Below, in pieces: positions 7,962 to 17,099 of a DNA stretch of 64,000 bases (position 1 is its first letter; the number at the start of each line of letters is the position of its first letter). The position numbers and the translations under genes were made by a program. Origin of the DNA: a virus; IMG/VR virus record IMGVR_UViG_3300044630_005784, positions 5,535 through 69,534 of that record, one strand, 5' to 3'. Below the pieces are notes generated by a model. The model ran no database searches and had not been told where the DNA came from. It saw only the letters and a program-made list of their open reading frames with translations.

Positions 7962-8018
7962 CACGGGCTACTGCCCCCCCGATAAGATTACCTACACCTA
8001 CTAACGAAAGAGGCAATC

Positions 8019-8567
8019 ATGCCCAACTGGTGCGATAACAACCTAACCATTACCGGCGACGCCGACGAACTCAAACGATTCGTAGCGGCAATCACCAACT
8101 CCGACGAATCCATCACCATTCTCAAAAACCTTGTTCCGTTCCCAGCGGAACTCGAAGGAGAAGACATTCTCGACAAGGACGGCAATGCGATTGCGCGCGC
8201 CTTTACCGACAGCGGCTACTCATGGTGCCTCCGAAACTGGGGGACCAAGTGGGCGGACTGCGATACTGAAATCATTATCTACGCCGACTATCTCATGCTG
8301 AAGTACGCAACTGCGTGGTCACCAGCCATAGAGGGTTTGTCTCAAATCTCACGACTCTTCCCAACCCTCACCTTTCAGACCGACTGGACCGAAGAGGGCA
8401 TGTGTTCTATCGGTGCAGCCTGCTTTCAGGATGGACAAGAGTCAATCTACGAAGTTCCCGAATCGGACTGGCCTGAGTTGGGGCATGACGAAGATGGTGA
8501 AGAAGACTGGCAGTCGTGGCAGGATGCTGTCTGCGAACTTCGAGAGAAAGCGATTGAGAGCGTCTGA
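8019..8567 (+). CDS. DUF1281/YubB ferredoxin-like family protein
   Basis: MPNWCDNNLTITG...NWGTKW...TAWSP signature. Confidence 0.8.
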   Translation: MPNWCDNNLTITGDADELKRFVAAITNSDESITILKNLVPFPAELEGEDILDKDGNAIARAFTDSGYSWCLRNWGTKWADCDTEIIIYADYLMLKYATAWSPAIEGLSQISRLFPTLTFQTDWTEEGMCSIGAACFQDGQESIYEVPESDWPELGHDEDGEEDWQSWQDAVCELREKAIESV

Positions 8568-8569
8568 TC

Positions 8570-8839
8570 ATGAGTACCTACACAAACATCGACGAAATCA
8601 TTGCCGCATCAAACCGAAACGGGTTCATCACCGGCGAGGTCGTCATTCCCCTCATCGACATCGTTCATTTAGATCTCGATAGTTTCTACGACCGACTTGC
8701 CGAACTGCTCGTCGATGACATTCGACTTTGCGAAATCGAATTCGATGTCATCGGCACCGCCGACAACGACTGCATCGTGCTTCGTGTTAGCGGAGACACG
8801 TCTTCCATAATCGACGCAAACCTTGACGCTAAGGTCTAA
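8570..8839 (+). CDS. hypothetical protein
   Basis: Tightly packed in operon, acidic. Confidence 0.7.
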   Translation: MSTYTNIDEIIAASNRNGFITGEVVIPLIDIVHLDLDSFYDRLAELLVDDIRLCEIEFDVIGTADNDCIVLRVSGDTSSIIDANLDAKV

Positions 8840-8841
8840 CC

Positions 8842-9066
8842 ATGGCCGAAACAATCCAAACCAGCAAAAAAACATTCATACTCCTCAACCCCGAGGAAAC
8901 AGAAGCAATGCGAAAACTACTGGAACTCGGATTCATCAAACTTTGCGAAACCGAATCAACCACCAAAAACCACGAGAGCCGCGAAGAACTGAAAATAATC
9001 GCAGGAAACTCCTTCGATCTCCTCAAAAGCCTCAACGTCAAACCCTACGAAACAGAAAACACATGA
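8842..9066 (+). CDS. hypothetical protein
   Basis: 2-bp gap to upstream gene. Confidence 0.65.
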   Translation: MAETIQTSKKTFILLNPEETEAMRKLLELGFIKLCETESTTKNHESREELKIIAGNSFDLLKSLNVKPYETENT

Positions 9067-9404
9067 CCTACGAACCACACAGAATTCCTAAAGGCTGGGA
9101 AAACGACCCCAACCTGATCGGCTGTGCCGAAAACGAAAACCACCAATGGATTTTCCTGCTAGCAACACCCGGCAAAGCAATCGAGTGGGAACGAATGAAA
9201 ATAATCTCAACACTCGATCCACAGCAACTCGTCGCCGCCACCCCAATCGAAACAATCAGGGGAATCGGTGACGGCCCAGCAACAGCCAAATACATCGACA
9301 CACTTATCCAAGACGCATGCTTAGCCGCCGAAAAACACTTCGAAAGCGAAACTCCACTAGAGAGACTCTTCTTAGATTCAGACAATGAGGAAAACGATGA
9401 ATAA
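9063..9404 (+). CDS. hypothetical protein
   Basis: ATGA overlap at 9063 (MTYEPHRIPKGW...). Confidence 0.65.
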   Translation: MTYEPHRIPKGWENDPNLIGCAENENHQWIFLLATPGKAIEWERMKIISTLDPQQLVAATPIETIRGIGDGPATAKYIDTLIQDACLAAEKHFESETPLERLFLDSDNEENDE

Positions 9405-9891
9405 CGAACCAACAAACTGGGACGACGCCGCTCGCCGCTCGCTTGAATCCATCTACGACCTAATCATCGACGCAGACGGACCCGACGTAACACGAAACCT
9501 CGTAGACAAAGCAATCGACCAGTTCTACAACAGCGGAAACCAAAACTCCGAAGCCATGAAACTAGGCTGGGCAGTCATCGGATCAAGCGCCATCTCACTA
9601 AGCGTGGAATGGAAACACCCGCTAGAACTCGAACACGTCGCTGAAGTCCTCGTAAGGAAACAGCGAGACTACGGACACGAAAACATTCGCCGGTTCGGTC
9701 GCGACGGACTCCTCATGCGATGCCACGACAAAGTCGCACGATTGAAAAATCTTTACGGTAGCGATTTCGAACCAAACAACGAGTCAATTGAAGACACACT
9801 CCTCGACATCGTTGGCTATTCCGCAATCGGAATCATGTGGGAAAGCGGAACATTCCTGCTGCCCCTGAAGCCGTCCGAAAAAAAATCCTGA
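9397..9891 (+). CDS. nucleotide-modification-associated domain protein (DUF1599-like, all-alpha NTP pyrophosphatase fold)
   Basis: KQRDYG...DKVARLKNL...ESIEDTLLDIVGYS motif. Confidence 0.75.
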   Translation: MNNEPTNWDDAARRSLESIYDLIIDADGPDVTRNLVDKAIDQFYNSGNQNSEAMKLGWAVIGSSAISLSVEWKHPLELEHVAEVLVRKQRDYGHENIRRFGRDGLLMRCHDKVARLKNLYGSDFEPNNESIEDTLLDIVGYSAIGIMWESGTFLLPLKPSEKKS

Positions 9892-10261
9892 TCGCGTGTT
9901 GATTCTGATGCCCGCATGTTGTAGAAAGACATCCGCATCTCGTATCGAGCGACATGAGACGCCACAAATTTCCGGAACACAACTACGCTCAACTAGATTT
10001 TTCCAAAATACTTTTGGTCTAGTTCGACGCGTACCGACAGGTGTCAAGCGGTCCGGATTGGTTTCCCCCCGAACCCCCCTTCCAGTTGGGGGTTAGACCC
10101 CCAAACCCCCCGGTTAAGTACGACCTTCGGTCGAACTAAACCATCTGTTGGAAAAACTTTCTCGTTTTGAATTAGTTCAAACGTGGAATAACTACAAAAC
10201 GTAAAAGCCCTACCAGCCTTATTCGTAAGACTGCGCGCGCGAGGGCGTTGAAAGGAACACC

Positions 10262-10612
10262 ATGATTGAAAAACCTTCAACGGTGAATATTTCGAATAGT
10301 GGCGTTAAGGAAGTATTCGACTTTTGGGTCACCACGTTCAGATCGAGCGGCAAAGGCCCAACTCCAGTCTTGTCAGATAAGAGGCGGTCAAAAATTTCTA
10401 GGGCTATTAAGGACTACGGTGTTGAAACTTGTATGGACGCAATCTCCGGATGTGCAATGTCTGATTGGCACATGGGTGATAACCCACGAGGAAAAAAGTA
10501 CGACGACATTGAACTCATCCTCAGGGACAGCGCGCACATTGAACGGTTTGCGACAATGTTTGCTGAAAATGGGGATTCTGCAAGTGCAGAGTTTTTGAAT
10601 AGCGATGACTAA
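10262..10612 (+). CDS. replication initiator/replisome-organiser C-terminal-like protein
   Basis: VFDFW...LSDKRRSKI...AISG...WHMGDN...DIELILR pattern; GAAAGGA RBS; upstream of loader and helicase. Confidence 0.55.
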   Translation: MIEKPSTVNISNSGVKEVFDFWVTTFRSSGKGPTPVLSDKRRSKISRAIKDYGVETCMDAISGCAMSDWHMGDNPRGKKYDDIELILRDSAHIERFATMFAENGDSASAEFLNSDD

Positions 10613-11066
10613 GAACGAAGTGGTTCTCCTCGTCGATCGCATTCTTTCAACTTGGACCGTTGAGATTTCGTTGAACCAGAGGAAGACAACGTACGAATCT
10701 TGGTATCGAGTCGTGAAAGATTTAGATTTCGAACAAACTTTAGAGGCCTTAGATTTAATCATCATTGAAGATAAGCCTTGGGCGCCTCGACCGGGAACAT
10801 TGAGACGTCGAACAATCGACATGTTCTCCCCAGAACCCGCACCACCTGAAGGACCTGAAGCATGGGCTGGGTATCGTGCAAATGCTGTTGCAGCGAGCAA
10901 CGGTGAAGATTTCACACCACTTCACCCTCTAGTTCAAGAAACTATTCGACGCAGCGGCGCCGGAACTCAGGTCCTTCACACCAACGGTGATCGAGAAATG
11001 TTTTTAAAAATTTACGAAATCGTTCGTTCCGAAGCAGAACTTGATCGCTATAGGATCGCAAAATGA
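10605..11066 (+). CDS. helicase loader/inhibitor-like protein (SPP1 G39P-like)
   Basis: MTKNEV...W...L.DLDFE...AL...P.PG.LR...PEGPEAW pattern; synteny. Confidence 0.6.
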   Translation: MTKNEVVLLVDRILSTWTVEISLNQRKTTYESWYRVVKDLDFEQTLEALDLIIIEDKPWAPRPGTLRRRTIDMFSPEPAPPEGPEAWAGYRANAVAASNGEDFTPLHPLVQETIRRSGAGTQVLHTNGDREMFLKIYEIVRSEAELDRYRIAK

Positions 11067-12793
11067 GTAAGGCATCTTTAACTGTTCAAAACTTTCTGGC
11101 GAAATTGGAAGGTGTTCGAGCAGATGGATCTGGCTGGTCCGCTCGATGCCCATGTAGAAACGACGATCACAATCCAAGTCTGCATGTTGGTGAAGGACGA
11201 GACGGACGAGTTCTTGTTACCTGTCATCGAGGTGACGGTTGCGATTTGGATGAGATCTGTTCAGCGATGGATCTGGAGAAAACAGATTTGTTCCCAGAAA
11301 CAAAAGAACCTGTTCGAGATCGACTGACAAAAATTGCGACTTACGATTACACAGATGAAAATGGAAACCTCCTCTTCCAAAAAGAACGTTACATAAATCA
11401 GGACGGACGCAAAACTTTTCGACAACGACGCCCAGATGAAAACGGCGGATGGACATACTCCCTCGGCGACACACCAAAAGTTCTTTACCGACTCCCAGAA
11501 GTTTTAGCGGCAGCCCAAACCGGCGAAACAGTTTGGCTAGTTGAAGGCGAAAAAGACGCGAACACTCTCATTGAATGCGGAGAAGTCGCAACAACAATGC
11601 CCGGCGGTGCAGGCAAGTGGCTCGACATTCACACTGAAGCACTCAAAGGTGCCGATGTTTACATTCTTCGAGACAACGACACACCCGGCATCAAACATGC
11701 TTTAGATGTTCACACCGTACTGAGCGACGCTGGTATCAAAGTGACACTGTGCGCTCCACCAGAGGGACACAAAGATGTCACCGATTATTTTGATGACGGT
11801 GGCGATTTCGAATCCCTCATCATCTGGAATCCCGACGATGTCAGGTACGACAGCCCCGCACCGGATGAGGAGGGAAGCCCCGCAGCCCCTCATCTGCTAG
11901 ACGAACTAATCGAACAGATCGAGAACCTTAAAACCCTCGACCTGTCCCCCGGCTCAATGACCGGCCGCATCCACTCCTTCGTTGACAGACTCGCCCCCGG
12001 GGCTGACCCGACGTTCGATCAAGGACGCCTCGTCGGCTGGCTCGACTTCATCGACGAAGAAGTCGACGACTCCTACGACTGGCTAATCCCCGGGCTGCTG
12101 GAGCGTGAAGACCGTGTGATCATCGTCGCTGCTGAAGGTGTGGGTAAGACGATGCTTGCCCGACAGGTCGCCATCGCCTCCGCTGCAGGGATAAATCCAT
12201 TCACATATCAGAAGATGGATCCAATTCGCACGCTAACCATCGATTTGGAGAACCCTCAGAGAATCATCAGGAGAATGTCTACGTCGATTGTGGGGGCGTC
12301 TAGGCGCCTCTCAGGGGGCGCTGGACCAGTTCATGCCCATCTCCTAATCAAACCTGCAGGGATGAATCTGCTGTCGGCCCCCGATCGAGTCATGATCGAA
12401 GAAGCGATCGAGAAAACCAAACCAGATCTCGTATGCCTCGGACCTTTGTATAAATCTTTCGTAGACCCGGGGACTAAAACATCAGAAGCAGTAATCGTCG
12501 AAGTTGTAAAATACTTAGACTACCTGCGAACCACCTACGGCTTCGCCCTCTGGATGGAACACCACGCCCCCCTCGGCGGCAACAGCGGCAGAGAACTCCG
12601 CCCCTTCGGATCAGCAGTCTGGTCACGCTGGCCAGAGTTCGGCCTCACCCTCGAACCCGACCTGACGGCAAACGAACCCCACGTCTACAAAGTCGGCAAC
12701 TTCCGGGGGGACAGAGACGTCCGTCATAGGCCTACTAAGATTAAACGAGGCAAAGTTTTGCCTTTTGAGGTTGTGGAGTTTTTAACGTCATAG
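11063..12793 (+). CDS. DNA primase-helicase (Zn finger, TOPRIM, RecA-like AAA_25)
   Basis: CPC...CH..C zinc finger; VEGEKDA and DND TOPRIM motifs; AAEGVGKT Walker A; HH and GS motifs. Confidence 0.9.
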   Translation: MSKASLTVQNFLAKLEGVRADGSGWSARCPCRNDDHNPSLHVGEGRDGRVLVTCHRGDGCDLDEICSAMDLEKTDLFPETKEPVRDRLTKIATYDYTDENGNLLFQKERYINQDGRKTFRQRRPDENGGWTYSLGDTPKVLYRLPEVLAAAQTGETVWLVEGEKDANTLIECGEVATTMPGGAGKWLDIHTEALKGADVYILRDNDTPGIKHALDVHTVLSDAGIKVTLCAPPEGHKDVTDYFDDGGDFESLIIWNPDDVRYDSPAPDEEGSPAAPHLLDELIEQIENLKTLDLSPGSMTGRIHSFVDRLAPGADPTFDQGRLVGWLDFIDEEVDDSYDWLIPGLLEREDRVIIVAAEGVGKTMLARQVAIASAAGINPFTYQKMDPIRTLTIDLENPQRIIRRMSTSIVGASRRLSGGAGPVHAHLLIKPAGMNLLSAPDRVMIEEAIEKTKPDLVCLGPLYKSFVDPGTKTSEAVIVEVVKYLDYLRTTYGFALWMEHHAPLGGNSGRELRPFGSAVWSRWPEFGLTLEPDLTANEPHVYKVGNFRGDRDVRHRPTKIKRGKVLPFEVVEFLTS

Positions 12794-12802
12794 TATGTGG
12801 GT

Positions 12803-13387
12803 ATGGCTGAACAAAGTTTGACCCGAGAGTTTTTGGCTGAACGGGATCTACGGATTTTCAAGTTGCGTCAGTCTGGTGTGTCTTCAAGTGAAATCGCACG
12901 CAGATTCGGACTGTCAACATCTGCAGTGAACTCCGGAATCCGACGCCAACTCGAACGACTCAACCGAGAAGCCCTACTCGCATACCCCGAAGTACTCCGT
13001 CTAGAGTTAGAAAGACTCGACGCACTCCAACAAGCAGTCTGGCCCCTCACCCAACACCGCAAAGTCACCCTCGACGACGGAACCGAAGTCACACTCGAAC
13101 CCGACCTCCGCGCAGTCCAACAAGTCCTCTCCGTCATGGACAGACGCGCCCGCCTCCTCGGAATGGAACAAACCAACATCAACGTAATGGTCGAAAACAA
13201 CGAACCACAACGAGCAGCACTCGCAGGCGCAGACACACCCGCACACATCGACGCCTTCAACCCCGAAACCGAAGCACGCCAACTCCTCGAACTCATGGGC
13301 GCCGCCGGAGTCCTCCCCCCAGAAACCGTCAACAAAATCCTCGACACACCCGACAACATCACCGACGCAGAAATCATCGAAGAATGA
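12803..13387 (+). CDS. HTH DNA-binding protein (possible terminase small subunit type)
   Basis: SSSEIARRFGLSTSAV HTH; LELERLDAL...DRRARLLG motif; leaderless -10 TAGTAT. Confidence 0.65.
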   Translation: MAEQSLTREFLAERDLRIFKLRQSGVSSSEIARRFGLSTSAVNSGIRRQLERLNREALLAYPEVLRLELERLDALQQAVWPLTQHRKVTLDDGTEVTLEPDLRAVQQVLSVMDRRARLLGMEQTNINVMVENNEPQRAALAGADTPAHIDAFNPETEARQLLELMGAAGVLPPETVNKILDTPDNITDAEIIEE

Positions 13388-13692
13388 ACGACAACATCGA
13401 AGCCGCCATCACACACGAAACCCAACACCTCAACCACACCATCCAACCCAACACCGGATCCACCCCCGGCAACCCAGCAACCGCCCAAATCCTCATCCGC
13501 TGCACCGAACACGACCGCAACCGCTGGAAACAAGCAGCCGACCAACACGGCATGAACCTCTCCGAATACATCCGAGACACCCTCAACACCCGCACCCGCG
13601 AACTACTCGACTGCACCCACCCCACCGAACAACGCCGAACCTACCCATGGGCCGAATTCTGCCTCAAATGCGGCCACCGCCTCAGAGGCTAA
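13384..13692 (+). CDS. ribbon-helix-helix protein with C-terminal Zn-binding motif
   Basis: QILIRC...WKQAA...MNLSEYIRD; CTH...CLKC. Confidence 0.65.
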   Translation: MNDNIEAAITHETQHLNHTIQPNTGSTPGNPATAQILIRCTEHDRNRWKQAADQHGMNLSEYIRDTLNTRTRELLDCTHPTEQRRTYPWAEFCLKCGHRLRG

Positions 13693-13723
13693 ACCAAACC
13701 CCCAAACCCACTACACTCAAAAC

Positions 13724-13891
13724 ATGAACGCAAAACCCGGACGCCCCCCAAAAAAAGCCACCACCACCACAACCCTCACCCTCCGCATCCCAGCCGACGA
13801 AAAAAACTATCTCATCGACTCCGCAGAAGCCTCCGACCTCACCATCACCGACTACCTACTCGCCCTCATCCGCCGAGACCGCGGTGCCTAG
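13724..13891 (+). CDS. 55-aa ribbon-helix-helix protein with GRP AT-hook-like motif
   Basis: Below ORF-track cutoff: MNAKPGRPPKKATTTTTLTLRIPADEKNYLIDSAEASDLTITDYLLALIRRDRGA; -10 TACACT 6 nt upstream. Confidence 0.7.
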   Translation: MNAKPGRPPKKATTTTTLTLRIPADEKNYLIDSAEASDLTITDYLLALIRRDRGA

Positions 13892-14240
13892 ACCCCCACA
13901 AAAATCAGCCACCACCGGACCCAACTACATTCAAGTACGCCTACCCGGCTGGCTTAAAAATCAACTTATCGAACATGCAGAGAAACTTGACTGCACTTTA
14001 AACGCATGGCTGGTCGAAGCAATTCAAACACAGTTGCGTGCTGACCTGTCGCTACCTGAGCCTCCACCGGCTCGTGCACCGTTGCCTACGACTGCTGACA
14101 TGATTCGTGTTTGGGCTGTTGGTGAGCGGATTATTACTCCGTGTGGGAAGGTGTCTTGTCCGGCGGTGCAGGAGGGTGATTACCGTTGGGAGCATGATGG
14201 TATGGGTTTTTGTAATGAGTGTGGGATTCGGGTGGTTTAG
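13884..14240 (+). CDS. ribbon-helix-helix protein with C-terminal Zn finger
   Basis: IQVRLPGWLKNQLIEHA...TLNAWLVEAI; CGKVSC...CNEC. Confidence 0.7.
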   Translation: MPRPPQKSATTGPNYIQVRLPGWLKNQLIEHAEKLDCTLNAWLVEAIQTQLRADLSLPEPPPARAPLPTTADMIRVWAVGERIITPCGKVSCPAVQEGDYRWEHDGMGFCNECGIRVV

Positions 14241-14596
14241 AGGCGGTTTGCCCACATTTGTGCGAGTGTGGGTCGTATGGGTTTGATTCCTCGTTTGCGT
14301 TGTTCTGCTGCGAGTTGTCGGGGGGTTAGTCCTGCCCATACTCCGTGTAGGTCTGCTGTGGGGAATTGGAGTGCGTATTCGAGGCATTGGGTTTGGACTG
14401 TGCAGTTGCGGCATAGTGAGCGTGCGGCGGGTATGTAGGTGATGTCTTTGTAGGCTTTGGGGAACATGAGTTCGCCTTTGCCTTTGCAGTTGGCGTTGTT
14501 TCGCCATTTGGGGTTTGGTTGGTTTGTTGTGTGTATTTCTTTTGGGTTGTTGTTGTTGGGTTGTTTTTGGTTGGGTGGGTTTTCGGGGTTGCTCAT
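14237..14596 (-). CDS. whiB: WhiB-family Fe-S transcription factor
   Basis: W...ANC...C..C.V...CLEYAL...GVWAG; ATG at 14596 overlaps upstream stop. Confidence 0.9.
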   Translation of the reverse strand: MSNPENPPNQKQPNNNNPKEIHTTNQPNPKWRNNANCKGKGELMFPKAYKDITYIPAARSLCRNCTVQTQCLEYALQFPTADLHGVWAGLTPRQLAAEQRKRGIKPIRPTLAQMWANRL

Positions 14597-15060
14597 CGGT
14601 GGAGTTGTTGGATTTTGAGGATCATTCCGCGGGGGATGGTGATTGAGTGTCCGCCTGTGGAGTCGTTCATTAGGGAGATGATGGTTACCCATTCGGGGTG
14701 GTCTGTGATGAGGTATCCGACTGAGAGTGTTTCGCAGGGTTGGATTTCTTGTAGGTCGTCGATGTCCATCCATTCGGTGATGGCGTTGGCTACTGCGTCG
14801 ATCCAGAGGATTTCGATGATGACGTAGCGGTCCCATTCGGGGTGGAGGTCATAGGCTTTGTATTGGTTTCCGACTCCATAGGTGAGTTTGACTATTGGAG
14901 TGTTCTTTGCTTCCCCCGTGTTCTTCTCTCCCCTAGGGATGGATACGGGTTCTGGGGAGGACGTGGATGTAGGTCGCGACGCTTTGTCGGTGGCGGGCTT
15001 GGGTTGTACTGGTTTGGTTGGTGCTTTCTTGACGCCCATTCGCTGCTGGTTGGTTTTCAC
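14593..15060 (-). CDS. hypothetical phage protein (W-x-D-A family)
   Basis: IEILWIDA...SVGYL...IPRGMI pattern; GTGA-coupled start at 15060. Confidence 0.65.
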   Translation of the reverse strand: MKTNQQRMGVKKAPTKPVQPKPATDKASRPTSTSSPEPVSIPRGEKNTGEAKNTPIVKLTYGVGNQYKAYDLHPEWDRYVIIEILWIDAVANAITEWMDIDDLQEIQPCETLSVGYLITDHPEWVTIISLMNDSTGGHSITIPRGMILKIQQLHR

Positions 15061-15407
15061 GGTGCTTGTCCTTTTTTGCTCCAGTGGAGGGCGAGTGTGG
15101 CGAGGGCTATTACTGCTGCCCATTGGGCTAGTTGGTTGTTGATGATTACTGCGATTATGAGGAGGATTGCGGTTGTTGCGAGTAGGAGTGCGCATAGTCC
15201 GATGATGGCGTATACGAGTGATGAGAATGCGATGTAAAGGAGTTGTTGGGCGAAGTTGAGTTCGTCTGGCTCTTGCTCGTAGTCGAACCGTTGTTCGTAG
15301 TACCGGGAGTCTTGATATAGCCCATCTCGGTCGAGGTCGTTTGGTGGTGTTGGAAGGTGTTCGTTGTGGTTTGGGCTGTTGAGCCATTCATCGAACCAGT
15401 CCTTCAT
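15057..15407 (-). CDS. membrane protein
   Basis: ATGA-coupled start MKDWFDEW; long hydrophobic C-terminal half. Confidence 0.65.
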   Translation of the reverse strand: MKDWFDEWLNSPNHNEHLPTPPNDLDRDGLYQDSRYYEQRFDYEQEPDELNFAQQLLYIAFSSLVYAIIGLCALLLATTAILLIIAVIINNQLAQWAAVIALATLALHWSKKGQAP

Positions 15408-16621
15408 AGGAGGGTCATTTCTCCCCATCCGTCTGGGGCGACGACCATTGAGAGGGTTCCGGCTCGGGTGCGGGTTCCTGTCATGTCGGACCAGTATTCG
15501 GATACTTGTGTGAGTGATGGGGTGATGAAGACTGCTCGGCCTTCTTGTTCTTTGACGTTCAGGTGGTGGTAGTGACCGGCGATGAGTAGTTGTGAGTCGG
15601 CTACTCCGGGGTATGCCCTGCCCATGGTTTGTGATTGCCACCATCCCCAGAGGGTTTCGGCTGCGTTGCCTTTGGGGCGTGCGACGTGTCCGTGTGTGAA
15701 AGCAACATTTGTGCCAGACAAATTTAAAGAGACTGCGATTTCGTCCCTACTTAGTCTCCACCCAATGTGTCCATAGGCTGAAGGATTCGTGGAAAGTATC
15801 TCGGCCACTTGTTCGAAGACTGCGACGTCATCGTTGTCATGTACTGCAGTAAAGGCCTTCTTGCCTTGCCGGTTTTCGCCATGATTACCGGGAATCGCAA
15901 CCCCGATTAATTTATCTGTATGTGGAGCGACGGCCATAAAGATGTCTCGTACGGCTCGACGTACAAACTTGACCTGATCCCGTCGATCGAGTTCCACTCG
16001 GAACGGTTGGGCGCTATAGAAGCCTTGGCAGTTTTCAACAAGATCGCCAAGTCCGGCGATGCAAACCTGTCCGATTCCTACGCGCGCGCGCCGAAGATCA
16101 GCAATGCGGTCTGGGATTGATTCAACTAAAGCGGCTGCTGCTTTTGCTTGCGCTTCGACTCCTCCGCCGTCACAGTTACCAATTTGCCAGTCCGACAGAG
16201 CAACGACAAAAGTGGCGTCACCGGTTGGGGGGCTTTTCTTGGTCTTTTTGGCCTTCCGAACCTCCTGATATACATCTTCAGGAAGTGCTTCAAGTTTTCG
16301 TCGCCGCCGAATCTCCGCTTTAAATGAATATTGGATGCAGGAAACCGCTTGTTCGCCTTGTTCGTCGCGCTTCCATCCGTCCCATGAACACCATCGCATG
16401 GTGTCGCCGACGACTTCGTATTCTTCAGGGTCGAGTCCTCGTGCTCGGAGTAGGTCGTCCCATTCACCGGGGGGGCTGTCAAGAGTTCCGGTTGTGATAA
16501 TTCCTTGAGTACCATCCCAGACAACTCCGGGTTCCCATCCAGAGGGAACGGTGCGTTCGCGACTTGCTTCGGGTTCTTCTTCGCGACCTTCTAAAGATGA
16601 GAGTCGATCGGACAGATTCAT
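15404..16621 (-). CDS. calcineurin-like metallophosphoesterase
   Basis: SDWQIG, GDLVE, GNHGE, THGH, GHYHH motifs. Confidence 0.85.
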   Translation of the reverse strand: MNLSDRLSSLEGREEEPEASRERTVPSGWEPGVVWDGTQGIITTGTLDSPPGEWDDLLRARGLDPEEYEVVGDTMRWCSWDGWKRDEQGEQAVSCIQYSFKAEIRRRRKLEALPEDVYQEVRKAKKTKKSPPTGDATFVVALSDWQIGNCDGGGVEAQAKAAAALVESIPDRIADLRRARVGIGQVCIAGLGDLVENCQGFYSAQPFRVELDRRDQVKFVRRAVRDIFMAVAPHTDKLIGVAIPGNHGENRQGKKAFTAVHDNDDVAVFEQVAEILSTNPSAYGHIGWRLSRDEIAVSLNLSGTNVAFTHGHVARPKGNAAETLWGWWQSQTMGRAYPGVADSQLLIAGHYHHLNVKEQEGRAVFITPSLTQVSEYWSDMTGTRTRAGTLSMVVAPDGWGEMTLL

Positions 16622-16869
16622 GTTGTTCTCGTTTCTTTACACCCGCACCAGTTGTTGCGATGAACGCCTAATGCTTCGCGGGCTACACGGATACCTGATT
16701 CACGGAGTTCGGCATGAATGGCCCGAAGTGAAGTTTTACTGCCAGTCAAGAGGTTCTCAAGAATTTCAGCAGTGTCGCTATCGAGTTCTGTCTTAATCTC
16801 TCTGACTCGACAAGGCCGTTGGCCCTGAACTGTTTCAATCATCGAAAGCCGTTCTTTCAAAGACGTCAT
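16618..16869 (-). CDS. small Cys/His protein, possibly Zn- or DNA-binding
   Basis: C...HR...CGC; coupled to both neighbours. Confidence 0.65.
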   Translation of the reverse strand: MTSLKERLSMIETVQGQRPCRVREIKTELDSDTAEILENLLTGSKTSLRAIHAELRESGIRVAREALGVHRNNWCGCKETRTT

Positions 16870-17099
16870 TTCTTCCAACTCTCCCCATCATTGAGCAACC
16901 AATGAGCAACCAAACCGCCGATAACTCCACCGGCAATTTCGGCACCCATCCTTTGATTAGCAATCCAACGAACGCCCTGAGAAATACTCGGCCGACCCAA
17001 ACCTCGCATAATCCCGTTATAAACAAGCGCAGCACAAAGAAGGAATAGCGGCCCGATCAAAAACTGCAGGGCGTTTGGGCGGTAGTTTGTCGTGTCCAT
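16866..17099 (-). CDS. small membrane protein
   Basis: Two hydrophobic segments, SISQG and LVAHW motifs. Confidence 0.6.
   Translation of the reverse strand: MDTTNYRPNALQFLIGPLFLLCAALVYNGIMRGLGRPSISQGVRWIANQRMGAEIAGGVIGGLVAHWLLNDGESWKK

Noticed and set aside
7958-7988. Additional early promoter before 8019
   Set aside because: -10 TAAGAT and a leader variant are present, but no family -35 at 17-bp spacing, so it is not listed as a feature
9896-10096. 66-aa ORF in the pre-replication gap
   Set aside because: No RBS, atypical composition, overlaps C-run repeats
12868-15644. Long alternative ORFs (12868..13548, 14052..14507, and N-terminal extensions of 14237..14836, 14593..15387, 15057..15644)
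   Set aside because: Produced by stop-codon scarcity in skewed sequence; ATGA/GTGA-coupled internal starts give better genes
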